From contig CBDDIJ010000002.1 of the NCBI GenBank assembly GCA_965228855.1, positions 1,120,001-1,184,000 on the forward strand: 64,000 nt of DNA, given 5' to 3'. This document shows, piece by piece, positions 37,665 through 47,634 of the stretch (position 1 is its first letter; the number at the start of each line of letters is the position of its first letter). The notes beneath the pieces were generated by a model. The model worked only from the letters and a program-made list of their open reading frames with translations, was not told the origin of the DNA and searched no databases. The translations under genes were made by a program, and so were the position numbers. This DNA is from Candidatus Obscuribacterales bacterium (GTDB lineage: Bacteria; Cyanobacteriota; Vampirovibrionia; Obscuribacterales; Obscuribacteraceae).

Positions 37665-38783
37665 TTGCCGAAAGACGAGAAGCTGGACCAGGAGCCGTTG
37701 ACGTACGCCGAGCTGAAGAAGAGCTTGGACGATACGCGGTATGAGTTGGAATTGTTCAAGAAAAACCATTCGGCGCTGTCGGCTCGGATTCAAAAAATCA
37801 TCACGAGCTTTCCGCTTGGTCTGATTATCGTCAATACGGATCAGCGGATCGAAGCGTTGAATTCGCGCGCGGTCGCGGCGTTTCACTTCGAGCCGGCAGA
37901 GTTGGCGAAGGCTCCAGTGTCGACGATATTTCCGGACTTCGAGTCCTTCGAACTGTCGACGGAGCCGACTCGCGTGATTGGGAAGCGCAAAAACGGCGAG
38001 CTGTTTCAGTGCGAAATCTGTGTCAACAAGTTGATGATGCATGGCGAGGAGCGTTATTTCGTGAACGTGCAGGATGTCACTGAGCGGCATCGATTAGAAC
38101 AGTTGCGGCGCGACCTTGTTGCAATGGTCAGTCATGATATTCGGCAGCCCCTTACGGCGATTCGTCTGGTATTGGATATGGTGCTGCGTGGCTCGTATGG
38201 TGAGATGAACGCTCGCGGCGAGAAGAACGTGAACACTGCGGTTACATCAATCGACTATTTGATCTCGCTAGTCAAGAATTTGCTTGACTCTGAAAAAGTG
38301 GATAGCGGGACAATTGAAATCATTCCTGCGGAAACCACAGTAGGCGCCATAATCAACAAGGCGCTAGTCACCGCCAATGGTGCAAAACAGAAGGCGTCCG
38401 TTTCCATTGAAAGCGATTTTACGAACGATGTCATTGTTGCAGACGAAGATCGCGTAGCGCAGGTGCTCATCAACCTGATCTCGAACGCTGTTAAGTATTC
38501 ACCGGAAAATTCTACAGTGAAAGTTCTTGCCGGCATTGAGGGTTTAAACGCCAAGTTTCGGGTAGTGGATTCCGGTCCAGGTGTCCCGAAAGAGTCCCAG
38601 TATCTGATATTTGAGCGCTACCAGCAATTGGAGCAGCATAAGTCGATTAAGACTCAAGGTTTTGGATTGGGGCTGGCGATCTGCAAAGCCTTTGTTGAAA
38701 AGCATGGCGGAAAGATTTGGGTCGAGAGTGAAGAGGGAAAGGGAAGCTGTTTCTGTTTCACAATCCCGACGTCCCCCGCCTGA
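37665..38783 (+). CDS. Cytoplasmic PAS sensor histidine kinase
   Basis: PAS domain; MVSHDIRQPL (H-box), NLISNAVKYS, DSGPG, GFGLGLAI; no transmembrane segment. Confidence 0.92.
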   Translation: MPKDEKLDQEPLTYAELKKSLDDTRYELELFKKNHSALSARIQKIITSFPLGLIIVNTDQRIEALNSRAVAAFHFEPAELAKAPVSTIFPDFESFELSTEPTRVIGKRKNGELFQCEICVNKLMMHGEERYFVNVQDVTERHRLEQLRRDLVAMVSHDIRQPLTAIRLVLDMVLRGSYGEMNARGEKNVNTAVTSIDYLISLVKNLLDSEKVDSGTIEIIPAETTVGAIINKALVTANGAKQKASVSIESDFTNDVIVADEDRVAQVLINLISNAVKYSPENSTVKVLAGIEGLNAKFRVVDSGPGVPKESQYLIFERYQQLEQHKSIKTQGFGLGLAICKAFVEKHGGKIWVESEEGKGSCFCFTIPTSPA

Positions 38784-38862
38784 GCGATGTGTGTGACAGA
38801 AGTTTTGCGCGCGTCCTTGCGTGGTATTCTTTACGTGGTTTCCTTCTGCAAGGAAAGCACGC

Positions 38863-39537
38863 ATGGGACGCATTTTACTAGTCGAAGATGATGAGATGAT
38901 CGCCTCTGTTGTCGAGGATGTGTTGTCCGAGCATAACCACGTCGTCGACCTGGTCTCAACCGGACCCGATGCGCTCGATCAGTTACTTCATTATCACTAT
39001 GACATGGCGATCATCGATTGGGGATTGCCCGGAATGCCTGGTTATACAGTGACTGAGCAGTACAGAGGCAAAGGCGGAAAGATTCCGATCCTTTTTCTTA
39101 CCGGTCAAACCGATGTCGTGAAGAAGGTCCAGGCGCTTGATGTTGGCGCCGATGATTATATCTGCAAACCATTTGCCGTTGACGAACTCATTGCTCGTGT
39201 TACTGCGCTTCTGCGAAGACCGCCTGTGGAAGATGAGAAGGTGGTGAAGTCCGGCAGTCTTCAATTGGATCTTGCCACCTGCCAAGTCACCATATCCGGT
39301 GCGCCGCTCACGTTGACTGCCGGCGAGTTTGCCCTTCTCAAGCTATTTATGCAGAACCCGGGCAAGGTCTTTTCGATTAGTTCGATTGTCGACAAGATTT
39401 TTCAGTCGGATGCCGAGTTCGCGGAGAAAGCGGTCCGGCAGCGTGTCATGGTGTTGCGCAAGAAGCTGTCGGTAGATGGTCATGAAGAGTCAATTGTTAC
39501 TGTAACCGGTCAAGGCTACAAATTTGAAGCGCGCTGA
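38863..39537 (+). CDS. OmpR family response regulator
   Basis: ILLVEDD, IIDWGLP, GADDYICKPF, winged-helix TVTGQGY. Confidence 0.92.
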   Translation: MGRILLVEDDEMIASVVEDVLSEHNHVVDLVSTGPDALDQLLHYHYDMAIIDWGLPGMPGYTVTEQYRGKGGKIPILFLTGQTDVVKKVQALDVGADDYICKPFAVDELIARVTALLRRPPVEDEKVVKSGSLQLDLATCQVTISGAPLTLTAGEFALLKLFMQNPGKVFSISSIVDKIFQSDAEFAEKAVRQRVMVLRKKLSVDGHEESIVTVTGQGYKFEAR

Positions 39538-39658
39538 TGGTTTAAAGCCCTCATAAGTTGATGTCTCAAACAAGCGCCGCAGAAGTCTGTTAAACATCTC
39601 CAAATGTTCGATTCGGCCCCTGGCTGTATGATCCTCCCATCGAGATGGGAGCGTACAG

Positions 39659-42600
39659 ATGAAGATTCAAACCCGCCGGGCTTTCGCGCTCGGCCTTGCG
39701 ACGTTAGCATTGCCGTTCGTTTCGACCTGTTGTCCTGCTTGGGCGGGCTCTGACGATAGGTTGAACTTTCGCGAATTCCGCGACCTCAATCCGGAACTGG
39801 ACAAGCAGGTCGCTCGGCAGATGTTTCGGGAGTTCCGTCAGAATGATGGTCCTCGAAACTCCGGTCTTCAGCATGCGGCGATTGTTGTGCCCAGTTTCAA
39901 TTCGAGCGCTCCTGACGTCGCAGCAACGGTTTCGATCGTTCAAAGTCGAAAGAGGGATCGTTTTCTTGAAACACCTCGCGTTCGGCATCAGTCGCTGCAG
40001 TCTCTCAACAACAGTGTCGTCCGTTTAGAAAACGGCGTTAACCTTGATCTGACCTCATCGGAGCGAAATATCGTTCTTGGACGTAATCTTTTCAACCAGG
40101 ACGTCGACTCGATTACAATCAAAATTGGAAATGAAACCAAAACAGTCGCTGCCGGAAATCAGGTAACGGCTGCCGAATATGTCGCGGTGAAGCAAGTTTT
40201 AAGCGGCGGAAATCAGTCGCTCGATCTGGGCAAGAATGGTGCGGCGATTGGCGGTAGCGTCGATCTCGCCGCGCTCACTGACGGCAATGCTGTGATGAGG
40301 GCGTCAGCGCTTACGGTTGCTTCCGGGGTCACCGCCTATGGTGACTTTGGCAAGGGCTCGGATTTCAAGCTTGCCGGTAACCTGAATAATTTTGGAAGTG
40401 TGGAAACGTTTTCATCTAACTCGCGCAATGATGGCGCTATCCGCGCTGACGATATCAACAACTATCGCGGTGCGACCATCAGTTCTACTACAAACTTGAC
40501 GCTCGATGCCGCTGGCAATTTGACGAACGATGGCGCCATCGTCTCTCTGCAAGGGCTGTCTTTAACAGCGGGAGGCGAAATCCGTAATAGTGGCACCGTC
40601 TCGAGTGTCTCTCATTTGAATCTGGAAAGTTCGTCCATCGTAAATCGAGGTTTATTGCAGTCCGTTTCCGGAGACGTGAATCTGGACGCCGACCCGACGA
40701 TTCAAATGACGGTTGTGAATTCCCGCGGGACTATCAGTGCTGCCAATGGCGCCATTAATGTTCGCGCGGCTGATTACGCCGGTAGCGCAGACAGCACCGT
40801 ATTCGGTGGCGATTTATTGAGTAGAGAGCTCAATTTGCACGCCGGAAACGGACTTGCTGAAGTGAATGTCGGAAAGCTCACTGGTGTGTTGAATGAGACG
40901 GGCAAAGCTGCGCACGTTTTTGCCAGCACTGATGTTTTAAACCTGGGGAATATCTGTCTGACGGGCGACCCTACCTATTACAATTCGCTGGGTGATATCA
41001 ACATAACCGCTAACATGGCAGCCGATGAGGCTCTCGTCATCATTGCGGCTGGAAATATAACGGTTGCAAATGGCGTGAATATTGCCGCTCGCAATGACAC
41101 ACGCGGATTTAACATCACGTTCATAGCCGGAGCTGACATCGAGCCGGTCACAGGCTCCAACTCGCCGACACTGCCGCCTCTTACCGATACCAGCGGTGAG
41201 GTGATTTTGTCGGGGAAGGCGTCAAAGACTGGCGGAAGTATTGTCTTTGACGGCGCAAATGTCGTGACCAGTCGTAGTGTCGCCGGCGGTGGCGCTGAGA
41301 ATGCGGGCAATATTTGGTTTTACGCGTTTGCCGGCAAAAATGACAACAGCGGTAGCGTCGACCTCGGTGACGACTCCGTGGATATTGTTCAAATCCTTGC
41401 TGGCGGGCGGCAGGGCGGTTCGGGCGGTTTCGTCACAGTGGTAGCGGGTGGAGAACGAGCCATCAACATGGGAACCGGCGTGGTGGATACAAATGGTGGC
41501 GTTGGTGGTGGTTTAACCATAATCACCGCGCAACCTGTATCAAGCGACAAGAAGCTGGATATCCGCTACTTCGCAGATGGATCGCTCGATCCGGCTGGCG
41601 CCTGGCTGATTAATGGCGATAAATTCACCAAGAACGCGGTCGCGAATGTCGGCAATTTCATCGGCGAATCAATCGATGTCATTGCTACGAATATTAATGT
41701 CACGGGAGCTTTAGTCGCCGATTCCACGCTCGAGTTTTTCGCTGACTCCAACATCACCTTTGCTCCGGGAGCTACTCCGATAGAGGTTTCTACCGCCTCG
41801 CTGACGGCTGGCGGAAACATCGGAACACGTACCGAATTTGTGCAATTCGGTGCCTCACTGGATTCAATCACAACACAGTCGGTCCAGACTTACATAGAGG
41901 TGACAGCTGGTTCTAATCCGTTGATGGCTGGAGGCAGCGCGGGAGAATCCTACTCGCTTCGAGCATCTACGCGTCCGGTAGACGCTCTCAATCTCGGGTA
42001 CTCTCCAATTTACAGCTTCGACGTGCTTAAGTTGAATTCATTGAGTTTCTCCTCATTTACTCAGATTATCCATGAATTCAGCCTTCGGACGCACTCCACC
42101 GACACTTTGTTTGGCGCTTTCACCAACATCGAGAGAGTTTCAGTTGATGCAGAGGGGGCGATCGGAACATTGCTCAATCCCTTTGTGACGACGGACGTGG
42201 AGACGGTCGACTTGCGATCTAGAACTGGTGCAGTCTTTTACGAGAAAAACGGCGACAAGACAAAGACTTCTCTGCGCGCCAATGCGGCGACGCACCTGGG
42301 TGTTGAGGCCAACGGCAGTTTGAATGTGACAGAGGCGTACGTGCTCAATGGAGACGCCAACATCTTCGGCAACGGCGGCACTCTCTCAATCGGTATAGTC
42401 GAGGCTACTGCTCAAGTGACGGTGGCACATGACGGCGAGAAGGCTAAGTTGATTTTGAATCCGGACGCCAGAATCTTTGGAAAGTCAGGCGTTACTGACG
42501 CGGCGCCTGTCACTATCAGCCTCGGTCCAACATCCAGTACTGTAATTCCCGCAAGCAGCATCAAAAATTTGACTGTAGCCGAAAGTGGTGTCGGAGATGA

Positions 42601-42739
42601 CACTATCACCGGAAGCGGATTCAAGGCCAAAAAGGGAGCATATTTGAGCATCGGAAATTCAGATATCCGGATTAATAACGGGCTCAAGGCCGGCTCATTG
42701 TCGTTTGGCAAGAATGCTGGAGCTATCACCGGACTATAG
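39659..42739 (+). CDS. Large secreted beta-solenoid protein, paralogue of 17330..24931
   Basis: 1026 aa; signal peptide with TRRAF; shares VTAAEY, AANGAINVR, AAHV, CLTGDPTYYN and AQP.SSD blocks with the giant protein. Confidence 0.82.
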   Translation: MKIQTRRAFALGLATLALPFVSTCCPAWAGSDDRLNFREFRDLNPELDKQVARQMFREFRQNDGPRNSGLQHAAIVVPSFNSSAPDVAATVSIVQSRKRDRFLETPRVRHQSLQSLNNSVVRLENGVNLDLTSSERNIVLGRNLFNQDVDSITIKIGNETKTVAAGNQVTAAEYVAVKQVLSGGNQSLDLGKNGAAIGGSVDLAALTDGNAVMRASALTVASGVTAYGDFGKGSDFKLAGNLNNFGSVETFSSNSRNDGAIRADDINNYRGATISSTTNLTLDAAGNLTNDGAIVSLQGLSLTAGGEIRNSGTVSSVSHLNLESSSIVNRGLLQSVSGDVNLDADPTIQMTVVNSRGTISAANGAINVRAADYAGSADSTVFGGDLLSRELNLHAGNGLAEVNVGKLTGVLNETGKAAHVFASTDVLNLGNICLTGDPTYYNSLGDINITANMAADEALVIIAAGNITVANGVNIAARNDTRGFNITFIAGADIEPVTGSNSPTLPPLTDTSGEVILSGKASKTGGSIVFDGANVVTSRSVAGGGAENAGNIWFYAFAGKNDNSGSVDLGDDSVDIVQILAGGRQGGSGGFVTVVAGGERAINMGTGVVDTNGGVGGGLTIITAQPVSSDKKLDIRYFADGSLDPAGAWLINGDKFTKNAVANVGNFIGESIDVIATNINVTGALVADSTLEFFADSNITFAPGATPIEVSTASLTAGGNIGTRTEFVQFGASLDSITTQSVQTYIEVTAGSNPLMAGGSAGESYSLRASTRPVDALNLGYSPIYSFDVLKLNSLSFSSFTQIIHEFSLRTHSTDTLFGAFTNIERVSVDAEGAIGTLLNPFVTTDVETVDLRSRTGAVFYEKNGDKTKTSLRANAATHLGVEANGSLNVTEAYVLNGDANIFGNGGTLSIGIVEATAQVTVAHDGEKAKLILNPDARIFGKSGVTDAAPVTISLGPTSSTVIPASSIKNLTVAESGVGDDTITGSGFKAKKGAYLSIGNSDIRINNGLKAGSLSFGKNAGAITGL

Positions 42740-42759
42740 GATGCAATTCTGTGGCCCTT

Positions 42760-43662
42760 TTAAACCGAATACAGGAGCCTAAACGTATTCAGATCTCGCT
42801 TCGATAAATTGAGAAGCGGCGATTTCCAATACATGAGATCTGTCGCGTGAGGCGAGTGTCCGTCGAGACCGAAGGCGTGACCGGCTTCGTGAATGGCAAG
42901 TGCTCGCAGCGCTCTTAACTGCGCTTCCTCGTATTGAGTGGAGTCGGGGCTATGCATCGAAATTCGGATGGTTGCCGTTTGGAGCTGGGGCTCTCCCGTA
43001 TCGTCGACGGCGTCTTCGAATGCCGTGTGACCGCCGGCACTGCCTAAGCCGTCCGACACACGCGTCACAAAAATATCTGCTTCGTCGGCGGATGTTCCCT
43101 TGACCCACTGCAGGCAGTTTTCGCCCGCAGTCCAGGCGTGAAAACCATCCAGAATAATCTCGCTCAGTGTGGTATCAAACCCGGTGTCATCACTATTGTC
43201 GACGGTGATCTTAAGCGGCATCTTTGCGTCACTCCATCTGCGTTTTGTGATGAAGTCCAGGTAATGTTCGTCGTTGACGTTTGCGGTTTCCCACAGTGAA
43301 AGATAGTCGTTGACTCCCCAGAGGAGTCCGGCAAAACCTTCTACCGCCGGATCCTCAGGGTAATCGGTGCAGAAGTGATGATACATTGCCGCGGTTTTCT
43401 TGAATAGAACAATCGCGCGTTTTGTGTTCCCCGCGAGATCGTAGGCAAGCGCCATATCGTACGTAAATGCGATGAGCAGCGGAATCCCTGTATCGAGCGT
43501 CTCGAAGAGTTTATTCGCTTGCTCGAATAAACCGATAGCGCGTTCAAACTCGAGTGCATCCCGCGTTCTCATCGCGCTTTCGTAAAGCGCAACGGCGTTC
43601 GTGAAGTCTTCTTGTGAATCGGACAGAACTGTGATCCTCGCTAGTGTCGAAGATGGTAGCAT
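42760..43662 (-). CDS. TPR plus matrixin-like (metzincin) zinc metalloprotease
   Basis: HEAGHAFGLDGHS, Met-turn DLMY, LSKRD; helical TPR-like N-terminus. Confidence 0.88.
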   Translation of the reverse strand: MLPSSTLARITVLSDSQEDFTNAVALYESAMRTRDALEFERAIGLFEQANKLFETLDTGIPLLIAFTYDMALAYDLAGNTKRAIVLFKKTAAMYHHFCTDYPEDPAVEGFAGLLWGVNDYLSLWETANVNDEHYLDFITKRRWSDAKMPLKITVDNSDDTGFDTTLSEIILDGFHAWTAGENCLQWVKGTSADEADIFVTRVSDGLGSAGGHTAFEDAVDDTGEPQLQTATIRISMHSPDSTQYEEAQLRALRALAIHEAGHAFGLDGHSPHATDLMYWKSPLLNLSKRDLNTFRLLYSV

Positions 43663-43735
43663 TTTTATAAAATCGAAAGTGATTGGAAAGAATAAAACAT
43701 ATAACCTTAAGTCAGGGATTGCGTGAGTTCGGACT

Positions 43736-44404
43736 ATGCGTGTTTTGCTTGTAGAAGATGACGAGTACTTGCTGTCAGCGCTGCTGCTCGCTTTGAAGCA
43801 TAAAGGGTATGCGGTCGACAGCGTGCAGAACGGTGTGGACGCGCAAGCGGCGCTAATGACCGTGCCTTACGATCTGGTCTTGCTGGATCTGGGCTTGCCG
43901 GGCATGGACGGCACTAAGGTACTGGCCGACCTGCGCTCCAAGGGGCAGAATATGCCCGTGATTATTATGACCGCGCGTGATGGAGTCGACGACCGAATTC
44001 ACGGTCTGGACATTGGCGCCAATGATTATCTGGTTAAACCTTTTGATATTCGCGAACTCGAAGCTCGCATGCGCGCTGCGTTGCGGAAGAGTCACTGGAG
44101 CAACAAGCTCGATATCGAAATGGGCGAGTTGGTTTTAAACACAAACAGTGGTCGTATTTTGCTAAAGGACAAGCAACTTGATTTGACTCCTAAGGAGACG
44201 GTGATTTTGAAGATGCTCATGGCCAAAGGCGGTCAGGTCGTCAGCAAGCGTCAATTGATGGAACAGTTGTCGGACTGGGTGGAAGAGTCAAGCGAGAACG
44301 CCGTTGAAATTCTCGTACATAGACTGCGCAAGAAGCTCGAACCGACAGGTGTTCTCATAAGCACCGTTAGAGGCTTTGGATATAAATTAGAGCAGAGCGC
44401 ATGA
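43736..44404 (+). CDS. OmpR family response regulator (QseB/TctD-like)
   Basis: MRVLLVEDD, LLDLGLP, NAVEILVHRLRKKL, TVRGFGY. Confidence 0.93.
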   Translation: MRVLLVEDDEYLLSALLLALKHKGYAVDSVQNGVDAQAALMTVPYDLVLLDLGLPGMDGTKVLADLRSKGQNMPVIIMTARDGVDDRIHGLDIGANDYLVKPFDIRELEARMRAALRKSHWSNKLDIEMGELVLNTNSGRILLKDKQLDLTPKETVILKMLMAKGGQVVSKRQLMEQLSDWVEESSENAVEILVHRLRKKLEPTGVLISTVRGFGYKLEQSA

Positions 44405-45774
44405 GAGCTTCGATTCGGAAACAGCTATTGACGCTGTTCATGCCGTTTTTGTTCGGTCTGTGGATCTGCAGTGCGATTGTCAGTTATTACCTGGTCTCGT
44501 CGTTTGCGCAGGAGTCTTTTAACCGGGACTTGATCAACTCTGCCGACTCCGTGGTCGCACGTCTCAAGCGGCAACCGGACGGTGCCATATCAATCGACCT
44601 TCCGCCTGCCGCGCAAGCCATTCTCAAGCGTGCTGAGTCTGACAAAATTTACTATCGAGTTCTGTCGGACAAAGGCGTAAGAATTTCAGGCGACGCAGTT
44701 CTGCCCGATCCGCTAGAACATCACGAGTTGGAGACGCCCTCTCTACGGACGTCTTCGATTGGTGGGCTGGATATCGTTATCGCTGAAATAGAAACCGACG
44801 TTGACGGCGTCAGTGTAATTGTGCAAGTCGCGGAAACCACCAATGTGCGAAAACGCTTCATGGATAACATGCTTCTGAGCATTGCCGGTCCGCAGTTTTT
44901 CGTCATCGCGATGGGGCTTTGCGCTGTCTGGTACGGTGTCGCCAAAATTCTGACGCCGTTGCGACTGCTTCAGCGGCAGCTCGGAAGCCGCACTACGTCA
45001 GACTTGAGTTCACTATCAGACGATGGTGTTCCAGAAGAAGTCTTGCCTCTCGTAAATGCGATAAACAAACTTTTGAGTCGTTTGCGTGAGGAGATTAAGG
45101 CACATCAACGGTTTATTGCAAACGCTGCACACCAGCTGCGGACGCCGCTTGCCGGGTTGAAAACCTATTCGAGTATCGGGACGGAAATGTCCGATCCAAA
45201 AGACATGAAGCATATTATCCACGAAGTCGATCAGGGTTTGGACCGGGCTACCCGCATGGTTACTCAGTTGCTGGCGCTCGCGCGCGCTGATGGAAATGAG
45301 CAGGCAAAATCGCCCGTTCATTCTCAAATCGACATGAACTTCGTGGTTTCCGATGTGACGGCGGAGCTCATCGAGCAGGCCGTGCGGAAAGACCTTGAAC
45401 TGGTGTACGAATCGTGTTCGGAGCCTGCCATCATATATGGTGAGCCAACAGGTTTGCGTCATTTAGTCACCAATCTTGTGGAGAACGCGATCGCATATAC
45501 TCCCGCTGGAGGCTCCGTTCAGGTGAAAGTGCGCGCGGATTCGGGCGTCGTTCTGTCTGTTCTCGATTCAGGCAACGGTATACCGGAAGAAGAGCGCGAT
45601 AAGGTCTTCGAGCGCTTCTACCGAGTAGTGGGCACAAAGGGTGAGGGCAGCGGTTTGGGTTTGTCAATAGTAAAAGAAGTTGCTAATGCGCATAATGCCC
45701 GCATCTCGATCGCTGATGGGTTGGGTGTTTCGGGGACTTCGATTACTGTGGAATTTTCGCCGAATGGCAACTAG
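44401..45774 (+). CDS. Membrane sensor histidine kinase (QseC/TctE-like)
   Basis: Two transmembrane helices; FIANAAHQLRTPL, NLVENA, FERFYR, GSGLGL; ATGA overlap with the regulator. Confidence 0.93.
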   Translation: MRASIRKQLLTLFMPFLFGLWICSAIVSYYLVSSFAQESFNRDLINSADSVVARLKRQPDGAISIDLPPAAQAILKRAESDKIYYRVLSDKGVRISGDAVLPDPLEHHELETPSLRTSSIGGLDIVIAEIETDVDGVSVIVQVAETTNVRKRFMDNMLLSIAGPQFFVIAMGLCAVWYGVAKILTPLRLLQRQLGSRTTSDLSSLSDDGVPEEVLPLVNAINKLLSRLREEIKAHQRFIANAAHQLRTPLAGLKTYSSIGTEMSDPKDMKHIIHEVDQGLDRATRMVTQLLALARADGNEQAKSPVHSQIDMNFVVSDVTAELIEQAVRKDLELVYESCSEPAIIYGEPTGLRHLVTNLVENAIAYTPAGGSVQVKVRADSGVVLSVLDSGNGIPEEERDKVFERFYRVVGTKGEGSGLGLSIVKEVANAHNARISIADGLGVSGTSITVEFSPNGN

Positions 45775-46019
45775 TCTTACGAAAGCATTTTGTAAGGTCT
45801 AATTGAAGATAATAAGTCAGGGAGAACTCGAGGTGTTCTGTTCGTCTCCTTCTCGCCGAACTGTCAGTTGCTAGGCAAAGCCGAGAGTCTCCCTAAAGCT
45901 AAGGTTTTTATCGAAAACACCAGCAAGGTGCGCCGGAAAATCCGAAAGGGTATCTGGCGCACCGAGCATATTCGAGTGCTGGTATCGTTTACTTCGAAAT
46001 ATTTGGAAAGGACCTGAAC

Positions 46020-46280
46020 ATGATTACTAAAAAACAGATCGCTACGACCATGGCACTATGCGCCTTCCTGCTTTCTGCATGCGGCGGTGGGGCTCCTGAG
46101 ACTCCTGCAACTGAAACGCCTGCGGCAACGGACACCAGTGCCGAAACCGACGCAGAGACCACCACGGAGACCACCGAAGAATCGGTAGAGAAGACCGAAG
46201 ATGCGAGCGCCGAGGAGCCTGCAGAAGAGACCAAAGTCGAAACTAAGAAGACGACTAAAACAACAAAGAAGAAGCACTAA
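46020..46280 (+). CDS. Small lipoprotein, Thr/Glu-rich and disordered with a basic tail
   Basis: Lipobox LSAC; AAGGA RBS. Confidence 0.8.
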   Translation: MITKKQIATTMALCAFLLSACGGGAPETPATETPAATDTSAETDAETTTETTEESVEKTEDASAEEPAEETKVETKKTTKTTKKKH

Positions 46281-46297
46281 TAGTAGAGCTTGGCGGT

Positions 46298-47560
46298 TTA
46301 AACCTGCTCTTTGTTTGAAACTTTCTCTTTCTCCTCTTGCGACTTAACGGTCGCGCCATCGGAATCACTTTTCTCCACAGTTTGTTTCGCGGAACCGGCT
46401 TCACTTCTCGTACCTGAGGTGGAGCTGGCTTCCGTTTCAGCGTTCGTTAAAGATTCTGCTGTGGCGCTCGCCGTCGCAGCGGTGGCTGAAACGTTGTTGC
46501 CTTCAGGTCTCGAGGACAGTGAGTCGGGTGTCGCTATGCTGGTCGCCGCAGGAGTCGCGGTCTCGATTGCGGGTTCTGTTATCGACTTGGGCAGTCTGAG
46601 GTTGTGCTTCTCTTGCTCGCGGGCGATGTAGTCCATCCACTTGACGAAAACCAGAACGGTGACGATTGCGCCGGCATTCCAGAGGACAAACTCATTGCTG
46701 CTCATCATCAGACGCGAGCCCGGACGCCACATTGAAATATGATTACTGATATTACCGATGGTGCCATAAAGACCGGCTAGCGCCATGACCGAAAAAGCCA
46801 ATTTCCACTTTTCCGCTCGGGGCCTGGTTTTGAACATGTAAAAACCGCCACCTATGTTTAAAACAATTTGCGCGGCAATGAAAAATGGAATCCACAGTGG
46901 AAATGTCGCTCCATTAGGCAAGTAACGTGAGTTGATCATCAGGACGGCAAAGATGACGACCGGCGTCGCGATTACGAGCGGAGTGATGGATCGCAAGGTA
47001 CTGAGCTTCGGTCCGGAATCCGCGAGCGATTCTTCGGAAACCTCGATTTTCGACCGTTTGATACGATAAAAGGATAGCGTCAAGGCGATCGCGAAAACGT
47101 TAATCAAGCCAACGACGAGGAAATCCGACGCCAATATTTTTGATGAAACCAGATATGTCGCCTGGTGGAAAATATTGCTGAGGACGCCGAAAGCCGAATA
47201 ACAGCAGATCTGAACGCCGATTATCTGAAGTTGGCGCTGCCGGCCGGTACCCATGTAGAAAAACATGACTGCGCCCGCCAGGAAGACTAATTGGAGCGCG
47301 ATTGCGAGGACCGGGTTGATAAAAATGGGCAGCTGGAGTTTGTATGGCGCATACATGATTACCGGCACGGCCGCTGCGAGGACCAGGAGCGAGCCTATTG
47401 ACGGTTTCCAGTGTGTTTCGTAGACGGTCTTAGCAACCATTCTTCTATACCAGTTAGCTAATTGAACTATACCCGCCGCCCTGCGCGTGTAGCGACCGAT
47501 ATTCATTATCGGCAGCTGTTCATGGGACTCTAAAGGTCCGGAGTTGGCGCATTTGAGCAT
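46298..47560 (-). CDS. Polytopic membrane protein with Ser/Thr/Ala-rich tail (true start probably ~47440)
   Basis: About eight hydrophobic segments in two similar halves. Confidence 0.75.
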   Translation of the reverse strand: MLKCANSGPLESHEQLPIMNIGRYTRRAAGIVQLANWYRRMVAKTVYETHWKPSIGSLLVLAAAVPVIMYAPYKLQLPIFINPVLAIALQLVFLAGAVMFFYMGTGRQRQLQIIGVQICCYSAFGVLSNIFHQATYLVSSKILASDFLVVGLINVFAIALTLSFYRIKRSKIEVSEESLADSGPKLSTLRSITPLVIATPVVIFAVLMINSRYLPNGATFPLWIPFFIAAQIVLNIGGGFYMFKTRPRAEKWKLAFSVMALAGLYGTIGNISNHISMWRPGSRLMMSSNEFVLWNAGAIVTVLVFVKWMDYIAREQEKHNLRLPKSITEPAIETATPAATSIATPDSLSSRPEGNNVSATAATASATAESLTNAETEASSTSGTRSEAGSAKQTVEKSDSDGATVKSQEEKEKVSNKEQV

Positions 47561-47634
47561 TGTTTGTATATTGGTAAAGGCAAAACCTTCACGATAATGT
47601 TAAATTACGCGGTCGGCAGCACGAAATTAGTCGA

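Noticed and set aside
45819..45990. c-di-GMP-I or c-di-AMP riboswitch, SRP RNA or tRNA
   Set aside because: Only fragmentary resemblance (ggcaaa, GAAA loop, ccgaa..gtcag); consensus cores are not matched. Kept only as an unassigned structured RNA candidate.
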